Shown here piece by piece: positions 26,995 to 36,749 of a stretch of DNA of 64,000 bases (position 1 is its first letter; every line of letters begins with the position of its first letter). Origin of the DNA: Eledone cirrhosa (Eukaryota). The DNA lies in assembly GCA_964016885.1 (NCBI GenBank), contig OZ024758.1:25234001-25298000 (forward strand). Reading direction: 5' to 3'. The position numbers and the translations under genes were made by a program. The notes under the pieces are model-generated. The model worked only from the letters and a program-made list of their open reading frames with translations, was not told the origin of the DNA and searched no databases.

Positions 26995-27037
26995 CATACA
27001 TACATACATACATACATGCATATATATATGTATATAT

Positions 27038-27328
27038 ATCATCATCATCATCATCGTTTAACGTCCATCTTCCACGCTAGCATGGGTTTGGACGGGAATT
27101 TTCCCACTTGAGGCAAGATTGGTTGACTTGCTCGTATAGGCGGGTTTTCTATGGCTGGATGCCCTTCCTAACACCAACCACGTTTACAGTGTGGACTGGG
27201 AGGTTTTTACCGTGTTACCTACACGGACACATTACAGTGTGGACTGGGAGGTTTTTACCGTGTTACCTACACGGCCACATTACAGCGTGGACTGTGTGTT
27301 TTTTTTGTCGTGACACCTACACGACCTC
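27038..27328 (-). mobile_element. SINE/RTE 3' module fragment
   Basis: (CAT)n-CGTTTAACGTCC...GCTGGATGCCCTTCCTAACACC. Confidence 0.85.
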
Positions 27329-27351
27329 ATACATACATACATACATGCATA

Positions 27352-27384
<33 letters not shown>

Positions 27385-27387
<3 letters not shown>

Positions 27388-27805
27388 TGTTTCTACTTTA
27401 GGCACAAGGCCAGCAATTACCCAGTGCATTACTGGTACTGTATTTTATCGACCCCGTAAGGATGAAAGGCAAAGTTAACCTCGGCGAGATTTGAACTCAG
27501 ATCGTAAAGGGACGTAACTATGCTGGAAAGCATGTCGTCCGACCCTCTACCGATACTGCCAATCCACCGCCCTTAATAATAATAATAATAATGATTTCTA
27601 GTATGGGCACAAAGCCAGTAATTTGGGGGGGAGGGGAAGTCGATTAAATGGACCACAGTACGTTGCTGGTACTTCATTTTATCGACCCTGTAAGGGTGAA
27701 AGGCAAAGTTAACCTCGGCGGGATTTGAACTCGGGACGTAAAGGGCCGTAACTCTATGCTGCAAAGCATGGCGTCCGACCCTCCACCGATACTGCCAGAC
27801 CACCG
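27385..27805 (-). mobile_element. Two SINE A copies in tandem
   Basis: 27385-27572 and 27590-27805, each with a (TAA)n tail. Confidence 0.9.
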
Positions 27806-27821
27806 ATACTTTATATCATCT

Positions 27822-27905
27822 CTGTTGATTTTATATATATTTCGGAGGTGCAAAGTTTTATGTATAACATAAAGCAAAACATGTCCTCCTCAGACAAAAT
27901 ACATT
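27822..27905 (-). ncRNA. Degenerate hammerhead with extended stem II (family of 39062-39289)
   Basis: Minus ATTTTGT-CTGAGGA-GGA...TTTATGT TAT ACATAAA...TCC-GAAA-TATAT-ATAAAAT. Confidence 0.45.
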
Positions 27906-28168
27906 GAGATGAATAATTCTTTCATGATATGTTGGTAGACAAACGAGCTGGACAGATCAATGACCACCAAGCATATGTAACTATATATAAGTGTATATAT
28001 ATTTGACAAGTAATTATAATCAAATATAAAAACATAATTTCCAAATGAAACTAAATATAAGAGGTTTTTATTATGTGATACAAAATATTTTCCTTTTGTG
28101 AACTAATAATTTTTAATATAGGCAGAAGTTCACAAATTGTTTTTATATTTGTGTGGGTGAAGCGGGGT

Positions 28169-28199
<31 letters not shown>

Positions 28200-28283
28200 G
28201 GGGGGGGGGTAGTTAGCACTTTTGATACCAAACCACCTGGAACTGACCCAAGTTCTATAATAGAATAATGTTTGTTTTGAAGT

Positions 28284-28825
28284 CATCATCATTATCATCA
28301 TCATCGTTTAACGTCTATCTTCCACACTAGCATGGGTTTAGACGGGTATTGTCCTACTTGAGGCAAGATTGGTCAGGTGACCATGTCTCGCTCGTATAGG
28401 ACTGTCTGGCAGGTTTTCTACGGCTGGATGCCCTTCCTAACACCAACCACGTTTACAGTGTGGAACTGGGAGGTTTTTTACCGTGGTAAAGGTTTTTTTT
28501 GTCGAGACACCTACACGATCTCATTTATTTAGGACTGGATGTTGTGGCACCAACATAACTTTACAGAGAAAGAGGTGGTGTAGATGGGGTGGGGTGGGGT
28601 GGGGGAGTTGGGTAGTGGGATGGGGGTGCATATTTGGTTAAGAGGTGCCTACTAACTGTAGGTTTCGCTTTGTACTCAGGCAAGGCGGTTTTTCTGTATT
28701 ACTGTGTAGTGCCAAAGATCTCGGTCCAGTGACATTGTCTTAGAGAGGTGTAAGTGTGTAAGGTCGGAATTTATCAAATCGTCCCAGGTTTTTCTGGGTC
28801 TGCCTACTCCGTAACTTCCATCCTA
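28284..28825 (-). mobile_element. RTE LINE 3' end (second subfamily)
   Basis: Minus GVGRPRKTWDDLINSDLTHLHLS...DRDLW then a UTR carrying the shared module. Confidence 0.85.
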
Positions 28826-28920
28826 TATTTATCTAAAAACCTTATTAATTTTATGTGAGTATCTTTGTTAAGTTATGTTTCAAACACTAGATAATTAATG
28901 TGAAACTTAGTTTATGTTAT

Positions 28921-29107
28921 GGGTTGGCAGAATCGGTAGAGTGCCAGACACCATGCTTTGCAGCATAGAGTTATGGCCCTTCCCATTCTGAGTTCAAATC
29001 CTGCCGAGATTAACTTTGCCTTTCATCCTTACGGGGTTGAAAACATAAAGTACCAGTAATGCACTGGGGTAATTGCTGGCCTTGTGCCAAAAGTAGAAAC
29101 AATTATT
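28921..29107 (+). mobile_element. SINE family A
   Basis: TGGCAGAATCGG...GAGTTCAAATCC...GTAGAAACAATTA. Confidence 0.9.
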
Positions 29108-29119
29108 AAATTCTGGAGT

Positions 29120-29630
29120 TTGGTGGTATTGGTGGTGGTGGTGGTGGTGGTCATAGTGGTTGGATTGGTGGTTGTAATGGTGGTGGTGGTGATTGTAGTG
29201 GTTGTAGTGGTGATGGTGGTGGTGGAGGTGGTGGTAATGATGGTGCTGGTGGTGCTGGTGCTGGTGGCTGGATCGTTGGTTGTAATGGTTGTGGCGGTGG
29301 TGGTGGTGGTGGGGTGGTGTTGGTATTGTTGTTGGATTAGGGTAGAGGAGGTGGTGGTGGTGGTGGTGGTGGAGGTGTTGGTGCTGGTGGTTGTATTGGT
29401 GGTTGTAATGGTTGTGGCGGTGGTGGTGGTGGTGGTGGTGGGGTGGTGTTGGGTTAGGGTAGAGGAGGGGGGGGGGGTGTATTGGTGGTTGTAATGGTTG
29501 TGGTGGTGGTGGTGGGGTGGTGTTGGTATTGTTGTTGGGTTAGTAGACGAGGAGGTGGTGGTGGTGGTGGTGGTGGAGGCGTTGGTGCTGGTGGTTGTAA
29601 TGGTGGTGGTGGTGGTGTGGTGGTGGGGAT
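29120..29630. repeat. (GGT)n-type simple repeat
   Basis: Directly visible. Confidence 0.93.
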
Positions 29631-30075
29631 ATTTGGAGCATGGAGAAGGAGAGTGTGGGAGAAGTTTTGATTAATGCAATGTGGAAATATAGACAGAGTT
29701 GACTACAAACATTGAAACATTTTTTTTCAATATGGGAGCTGAGTGGGCAGGAGATTCTGAGAAACACAATGTTATAAAAGTAATGACTTCTAATTTCAAG
29801 ATATCAAAAAAAAAAAAAAAAAACTTTCTTAAGACTTAATATTTATTGGCGACAGGAAACTAAAACCATATAGCATTCATAGATTTCTCAGGGGAAACTT
29901 ATTGCAATTTAATGTGAATAAAGACTGTCATGAGGTTTTGTGGGAAAGGAAGGAAATATTTACAATTTATAGATTATCCCTTAGTCTGCTTACAGACATG
30001 TATTCCAATCACTTTGAATTAGTTGAGTTAATGAGTGTGTTGCTTGACCTACTGGAAAGAGTAACAAAATCTCCC

Positions 30076-31285
30076 TTAACCCTTTAGTATTTAACCCTTT
30101 AGCTTTTAAACTGGCCATATCCAACCAATATTATCTCACCTCTTTCTGTTTAACTGCATTTACATTACTCATTTACATTACTGCATTTACTCTATATTTC
30201 CTATTGTATTTTCACACTAAAGGCTTTATCTCACATAATATCGAATCTATAAGAATTTGATATTATTTATTTTAAGAACAATACCTTAACATAAGTATGT
30301 GCAGCCAGTTATGGCCAGTTTAACCCTTTAGCATTTAAACTGGCCATATCCAGCCAGAATTCTCTCACCTCTTTCTGTTTAACCCTTTAGCATTTACATT
30401 ACTCTATATTTACTATTATATTCTCATGGTTAAACATTTTATCTCACATAATATCGAATCTATGAGATTTTGATATTATTTATATTAAGAACAATACCTT
30501 AACCCTTTAATGTTCAAACTGGCCAAAACTGGCCAGAATTCTCTACCTCTCTCTGTTGAAACTGGCTGTAACCGGTCGCTCAAACTGATGTTAAGGTATT
30601 GTTTTCAAAATAAATACTTTCAAAATCTCATAGATTCGATATTATATGAGATAATGATGCAAGGTAAAGCCTTTACCATGGCCAAAACTGGCCAGAATTC
30701 TCTACCTCCCTCTGTTGAAACTGGCTGTAACCGGTCGCTCAAACTGATGTTAAGGTATTGTTTTCAAAATAAATACTTTCAAAATCTCATAGATTCGATA
30801 TTATATGAGCTAATGATGCAAGGTAAAGCCTTTACCATGAAAATATAATAGTATATATAGAGTAATGTGAATACTAAAGGGTTAACATAACTATGAACAA
30901 CCGGTTACAGCCAGTTTGAACTGAAAGAGGTGAGAGAATTCTGGCTGGATATGGCCAGTTTAAATGATAAAGGGTTAAACTGTTTAAGTATTTAACCCTT
31001 TAGCTTACATGTTTTAAGTATTAATAAGATCCTCCTGGTAAAAGTGGAACTTAAAAAAAAGGGCAATGAGGTTATGACTGAAGAGGAAAGTGTCTGCTTT
31101 CAGTTCTTTCCTTTGCATCCTTTTATGTGGGGTAATCTTAATCCTTTAGCATTTAAACCAGTCATATCCGGCCAGAATTCTCTCACCTTCTTTCTGTTCA
31201 AACTGGCCATAATTGGCTGCTCATACTTATGTTAAGGTATTGTTCTCAAAATAAATAATATCAAAATCTCATACTTTCGATCATT
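30076..31285. mobile_element. Nested stack of piggyBac-like MITEs
   Basis: TTAACCCTTT ends at about 30076, 30091, 30320, 30379, 30499; AAAGGGTTAA at about 30885 and 30978; another copy at 31138; 159-bp internal duplication (30520/30679). Confidence 0.8.
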
Positions 31286-31536
31286 TCCCAAGATTCATAA
31301 CTATAGGTAAGGGTTGGCTTCTTCTTTTTTGTCCACTTATTCCTGACAGGGCCGTGGGGGCAGAGTCCTCAAACACTCCTTCCAGTGGGTCCTGTCAGAA
31401 GCAACCATCACCAACTGGGTTGGCACAAATACCAAATTGAAGATTGCAAGTTTGGCTTTTACACTTACCTCCCTTCTTCTGATTATCACAATTGATTTTA
31501 ACAATTCTGTTATGGGAAAAAAAAGCTTTGTTAAAA

Positions 31537-32209
31537 TAGTGTGAAGGAGAGAAGACTGTGCTGGAATAGACATGGCTGAGTATAAGAGGAATCAGGTGTA
31601 GTGTGAAGGAGAGAAGACTGTGCTGGAATAGACATGTTTGAGTATAAGAGGAATCAGGTGTAGTGTGTAGGAGAGGAGACTGTGCTGGTATAGACATGGC
31701 TGAGTATAAGAAGAATCAGGTGTAGTGTGAAGGAGAGGAGACTGTGCTGGTATAGACATGGCTGAGTATAAGAGGAATCAGGTGTAGTGTGAAGGAGAGG
31801 AGACTGTGCTGGTATAGATATGGCTGAGTATAAGAAGAATCAGGTGTAGTGTGTAGGAGAGGAGACTGTGCTGGTATAGATATGGCTGAGTATAAGAAGA
31901 ATCAGGTGTAGTCTGTAGGAGAGGAGGGAGACTGTGCTGGAATAGACATGTCTGAGTATAAGAGGAATCAGGTGTAGTCTGTAGGAGAGGAGGGAGACTG
32001 TGCTGGAATAGACATGTCTGAGTATAAGAGGAATCAGGTGTAGTGTGAAGGAGAGGAGACTGTGCTGGTATAGACATGGCTGAGTATAAGAGGAATCAGG
32101 TGTAGTCTGTAGGAGAGGAGACTGTGCTGGTATAGACATGGCTGAGTATAAGAGGAATCAGGTGTAGTGTGTAGGAGAGGAGACTGTGCTGGAATAGACA
32201 AGTCTGAGT
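31537..32209 (+). repeat. 62-bp minisatellite (about 11 copies), left part
   Basis: Unit CTGAGTATAAGAGGAATCAGGTGTAGTGTGAAGGAGAGGAGACTGTGCTGGTATAGACATGG. Confidence 0.97.
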
Positions 32210-34582
32210 CATCATCATCATCATCACCGTTTTACGTCCGTTCTTCCACGCTAGCATGGGTTAGACGGGTTGTCCTGTTGTGGGCAGTGTCTGGTCGGCT
32301 GACCATGCCTTGCTCATACAGGAACTGATCTGGCTTGATTTCTACAGCTGGATGCCCTTCCTAACACCAACCTCATTTACAGTGAGTGCTGGGTGCTTTT
32401 TCGTGGCGCCTACACGTCCACTTTACAGTGTGGGCTGGGTGCTTTTTTTGCCGTGGCACCTCCACGACCACCTTGCGGTGGGGGGGGGGGCATATTGTTT
32501 ATATGCTTCAGCATGTACCCATGGGAGGTCGGGTACCCTGTATTACTGCGTGACGCCAGAAGTCACGGTCGTGTGTCATTGACTTTGAGAGGTGTAGTTG
32601 GGTAAGGTCGGCTTTTATCACCTCATCCCAAGTCATCTTGGGTCTCCCCACTCCGCGGTTTCCATCAACTTCTAGTGCTCTGCACCTTTTTATGCAGCTG
32701 TCATCCTTCATACGCATCACATGTCCATACCAGCGTAACCGCCTCTCCTGCACGCAGCATTTGATTCCTCTTATGCTCAGTCTCTCTCTCAATTCATTTA
32801 TGCTTTGTCGTTCACGTATATTACTGTTACACATCCATCGGAGCATGCAGGCTTCGTTTCTCTCTAATCTACGTAAGTCTTCCACCTTCAGCGCCCAGGT
32901 CTCACTACCATGCAACATCGCTGTTCGGATACACGCATCATACAGTCTGCCTTTCATTCTGAGGGAGAAGCCTTTTGCAGCTAGCAGTGGTAGTAGTTCC
33001 CTAAACTTCTTCCATCCCGTTCTTACCCTAGTTATTGTACTTTCTGAGCACCCACCTCCGTTGCTAATTCGGTCACCTAGGTAGCAGAAGCTGTCTACTG
33101 TTTCTACAGGGCCCTCCCAGAGATTGGTGGTACTTGTTTCCTGTGGCTGTTTGCTTGCTGTTTCAGCACAGCTGCTGCATGTGAATCCTACATTCTTAAT
33201 TAAGCTTCCTGAGATCCCGCTACATCTCTTGTGTACCCATTGTTTGCATTTGGGGCAAAGAATGGAGTTCCTACCTACACCTTTCCTACATACTGAGCAA
33301 GGCCATTTCCCTGAGGGGATCTGGGTTCTGTTTTCTCGTCTACTTATAAGGACCTTAGTCTTTGTCATGTTGACTTTGAGGCCCTTTCTCTCTAGTCCCT
33401 GCTTCCAGGTTTGGAATTTATTCTCTAGTTCTACCATAGATTCAGCTATGAGTGCGAGGTCATCAGCATACAGGAGTTCCCATGGGCATCCGGTCTTAAA
33501 CTCCTCCGTTATTGCCTGCAGGACTATGATGAACAGGAGAGGGCTAAGAACAGAGCCCTGGTGGACCCCAACCTGTACGCTAAATTCCTCGCTATACTCA
33601 TTGCCAATCCTAACTTTGCTGACTGCTCCCCTATACATGGCTTGTACCGCTTTCACAAGCCATTCATCTACTCCTAGTTTTCTAAGAGCCCACCAGATTA
33701 CTGCACGTGGAACTCTGTCAAAGGCTTTCTCAAGGTCGACAAATGCCAAGTAGAGTGGCTTACTTTTAGCTAGGTACTTTTCCTGTAATTGCCTCACAAG
33801 GAAGAGCGCATCAGTGGTGCCTTTCCCTGGTACAAACCCAAATTGCATCTCGTCTATATTCACCCGGTCCCTAATCAGCTGTGCTATAACTCTTTCTGTT
33901 ACTTTCATGACCTGGTCCATCAACTTTATACCTCTATAGTTTCCTCTATCTAGTGCATCGCCTTTACCTTTGTAGCAGTTGACAATGATGCTACTGCACC
34001 AATCTTTTGGTATGGCCCCCTCTAGTATTACCTGGTTAACAATACGTGTGGTTATAGTGTGACCTACAGACCCAGATGCCTTCAGCATCTCGGCAGCTAT
34101 ACCCGAAGGACCGGTTGCCTTCCCTATCTTCATATCTCTGATTGCCTTACTTACTACGCTGCCGCTGACTTGTACTGCTGGTCCCTCTATAGGGTCTACG
34201 TGGGGTAGGGTCTCTTCTTCCCATGCATTCTCCTCATTTAGTAATCTATCATAATGACTCTTCCATGCATCTTTCTTCTCAGCACTTGTGAGGGCAAGCT
34301 CACCTTTATCATTCCGGATACACTTCTCTCCAATGACATCACAACTATCTCTGACACACTGCCTCGCAATCTTGAATACCTCCTGTTTCTGGTCCTCACG
34401 TTGTAAAACATGCTTGAATTTTCTATCCTCTGCTTCCCTCCTAGCTAAGTATACTTGTCGCCTAGCTTCCCTCTTGGTCTCTATGTAATGTACCCTGCTC
34501 CCCCCGTTCTTCCATTCTTTCCATGCCTGTCTCTTGGCCTTGACTGCTTCATCTACCTTATTGTTCCACCACCAAGTCACAC
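32210..34582 (-). mobile_element. 5'-truncated young RTE-clade LINE inserted into the 62-bp array
   Basis: Uninterrupted RT ORF, (GAT)n tail, TCTGAGT duplicated at 32203-32209 and 34583-34589. Confidence 0.95.
32508..34580 (-). CDS. RTE reverse transcriptase (partial; endonuclease absent)
   Basis: KGKGD..NYRGIKL, QFGF, FVDLEKAFDRV, GVHQGSVLSP, LLYADD, Cys-rich PHD-like insert CSVC..CPKC..H..C..CSSC, YLG, RLRWYGH. Confidence 0.95.
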   Translation of the reverse strand: MTWWWNNKVDEAVKAKRQAWKEWKNGGSRVHYIETKREARRQVYLARREAEDRKFKHVLQREDQKQEVFKIARQCVRDSCDVIGEKCIRNDKGELALTSAEKKDAWKSHYDRLLNEENAWEEETLPHVDPIEGPAVQVSGSVVSKAIRDMKIGKATGPSGIAAEMLKASGSVGHTITTRIVNQVILEGAIPKDWCSSIIVNCYKGKGDALDRGNYRGIKLMDQVMKVTERVIAQLIRDRVNIDEMQFGFVPGKGTTDALFLVRQLQEKYLAKSKPLYLAFVDLEKAFDRVPRAVIWWALRKLGVDEWLVKAVQAMYRGAVSKVRIGNEYSEEFSVQVGVHQGSVLSPLLFIIVLQAITEEFKTGCPWELLYADDLALIAESMVELENKFQTWKQGLERKGLKVNMTKTKVLISRRENRTQIPSGKWPCSVCRKGVGRNSILCPKCKQWVHKRCSGISGSLIKNVGFTCSSCAETASKQPQETSTTNLWEGPVETVDSFCYLGDRISNGGGCSESTITRVRTGWKKFRELLPLLAAKGFSLRMKGRLYDACIRTAMLHGSETWALKVEDLRRLERNEACMLRWMCNSNIRERQSINELRERLSIRGIKCCVQERRLRWYGHVMRMKDDSCIKRCRALEVDGNRGVGRPKMTWDEVIKADLTQLHLSKSMTHDRDFWRHAVIQGTRPPMGTC

Positions 34583-34780
34583 TCTGAGTATAAGAGGAAT
34601 CAGGTGTAGTGTGTAGGAGAGAAAACTGTGCTGGAATAGACATGTCTGAGTATAAGAGGAATCAGGTGTAGTCTGTAGGAGAGGAGAGAGACTGTGCTGG
34701 AATAGACATGGCTGAGTATAAGAGGAATCAGGTGTAGTGTGTAGGAGAGAAAACTGTGCTGGTATAGACATGGCTGAGTA
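34583..34780 (+). repeat. 62-bp minisatellite (3 copies), right part
   Basis: The same unit resumes in register after the LINE. Confidence 0.95.
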
Positions 34781-34949
34781 CATTTTTTTTAATAGAAAAT
34801 CGTTTCAAAGTAAGTAGTTGTTGTGTAATGTTTTGTGCAACATTTCTTACAACAATTTAATAGCCCTTACATTGTTATATTGTTACTGACAGTATCTTCC
34901 ACTCAATCACATCCAATACCAATGATGAAAGTTTTCTCAGATAAAAATA

Positions 34950-35125
34950 ACAAACCAACTCCTTTACAACAGTTCATTTACTTCGAATCATTTGAATGAT
35001 GTTGTTTTAAGAGAGAAAAAACATCTTTAAAATAAAGGTCTGGTGTCAGATAGATTTACATCTGATAATCAAAATGGCTTTTGCTGTTGATATAACTGAA
35101 TATTTGACAGCAATAATTAGAGTAG
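34950..35125 (+). pseudogene. Degenerate hAT (GTF2IRD2-like) transposase fragment
   Basis: MAFAVDITEYLTAI resembles LAF.VDIT.HLN.LN. Confidence 0.45.
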
Positions 35126-35186
35126 TTTACTCACAGTAATACAATCTAATCTGAATATATATATATATATTTTTTTGTTTTTTCAG

Positions 35187-35243
35187 ATTCTCTTAATGTT
35201 ATATATTTTCAACATTTATTATGATTTCCAAACCATCTGCATT
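35187..35243 (+). other. Candidate 57-bp exon
   Basis: Acceptor TTTTTTGTTTTTTCAG, donor GTAAGT; only phase 0 is open (ILLMLYIFNIYYDFQTICI). Confidence 0.25.
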
Positions 35244-35787
35244 GTAAGTTCATGGTCATCATATAGTTTTATACATTTTTGGTTTAAGGTAACTCCCAAC
35301 AATTTAAGCTTATTGTTACTTCTAACTATACACACCCTTATGCCGATGATATCACCCTCCATTCTTTCTAAACGTTTTTGCACAGATATCATCCAGATAC
35401 AGCCTAGACACTTCATACAATACATGCACTGAGTCCATGAATAGAGACCATTAAAATACACCCCATGATTACATGACAACCGATTCTCCTGCAATTGCAC
35501 CGAAACACAATTAAAACCCACATAATTGTTCCAAATGTTCGCCTAAAAATCTTTTATGTGCTTATGGTGACCTCAATTACATATTGCCAAAACAGCTTCA
35601 CAAAGATTAGGCCTATATATATATATATATGCATTTATGTGCATATATATGTGTGTTTATATATATATATATATATATATGTAGGAGGTGAGTTTTATTG
35701 TAGCACAATAAAGCAATGCATGTATTATATGTTGATTTAAAACTTCACTATTCACAAGTGTTTTTTAAGCTTCATATCATGTATCCC

Positions 35788-35858
35788 TATTTTATCTGAT
35801 GAAAACGCAGATATCATCCCATGATGATATTTGTTTTTGAAATGCGCATAATAAAATA
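35788..35858 (+). ncRNA. Minimal type I hammerhead ribozyme, best-conserved copy
   Basis: Stem I TATTTTAT/ATAAAATA perfect; CTGATGA; stem II 15 of 16 pairs; GAAA-TGCGCA-TA with palindromic stem III. Confidence 0.85.
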
Positions 35859-35910
35859 CTTGGAACTCTTTTAACCATCTTTTGATTTTATATATATATA
35901 TATATATATA

Positions 35911-36089
35911 TAACTGAACAAAAAAGAAAAACGAACACAGACATATACATATATGTGTTCAAATCGTAATGGACCAGATTCACTAAGGTGAAAAGAATAC
36001 TAAATACACCTTAGTGAATCTGGTCCCTTACGATTTGAACACATATATGTATATGTCTGTGTTCGTTTTTCTTTTTTGTTCAGTTATAT
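35911..36089. repeat. Fold-back inverted repeat, about 80-bp arms, 16-nt loop
   Basis: 35911-35990 pairs with 36007-36086 almost perfectly. Confidence 0.92.
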
Positions 36090-36175
36090 TACATGGCTCG
36101 GAAAAACCTCTTTCCTAGAGCTAATTTATTGTAATGAGACTATTTTGAGTTTCTAACTCAATACATGCCTTTGAT

Positions 36176-36514
36176 AGGCACATGGCTTAGTGGTTAGAGC
36201 ATTGGCCTTGCAATCGAAAGGTTGTGAGTTCAATTCTCAGACCGGGTGATGTGTTGTTTCCTTGAGCAAGGCACTTTATTTCACATTGCTCCAGTTTACT
36301 CAGCTGTAGAAATGAGATGATAGGGACTGGGGTCCCTATCATTCCACTGCAAAGTGGTCGTGGAGGTGCCATGGCAAAAAAGCACCCAGCACTCACTGTA
36401 AATGAGGTTGGTGTTAGGAAGGGCATCCAGCTGTAGAAATCAAGCCAGAATCAGTTCCCGTCCCACCCTTGCAAGCAGGGAAAAGTGGACGTAAAATGAA
36501 ATGATGATGATGAT
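36176..36514 (+). mobile_element. SINE family B
   Basis: Matches 17172-17560; one 48-bp unit. Confidence 0.92.
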
Positions 36515-36749
36515 ATATATATATGCATTTATGTGCATATATATGACCATTGCTATATGGTCCAATCATAACTCAGTGGTTTATAGTAAGTTCTCTTACA
36601 AATCTGTATATCAAAGCTACCACCTTGGTTATTACTCCTTAAGTTTAGAGCCGGTTGATTTTCGGTTTGCTAGGTGGACTGCGGAATTTGGAAAGTCTGA
36701 ACACTCAATGACAATGTCACAGATAAAGATAAATTCACCTCCCGCTGCA

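Noticed and set aside
31537-32209. 62-bp array as CRISPR
   Set aside because: No spacers; the unit is LINE-derived
34583-34643. N-terminus MSIPAQ... of the 711-aa ORF
   Set aside because: Comes from flanking minisatellite; the LINE is 5'-truncated at about 34582
35219-35521. 100-aa minus-strand ORF
   Set aside because: No recognisable domain or convincing splice context
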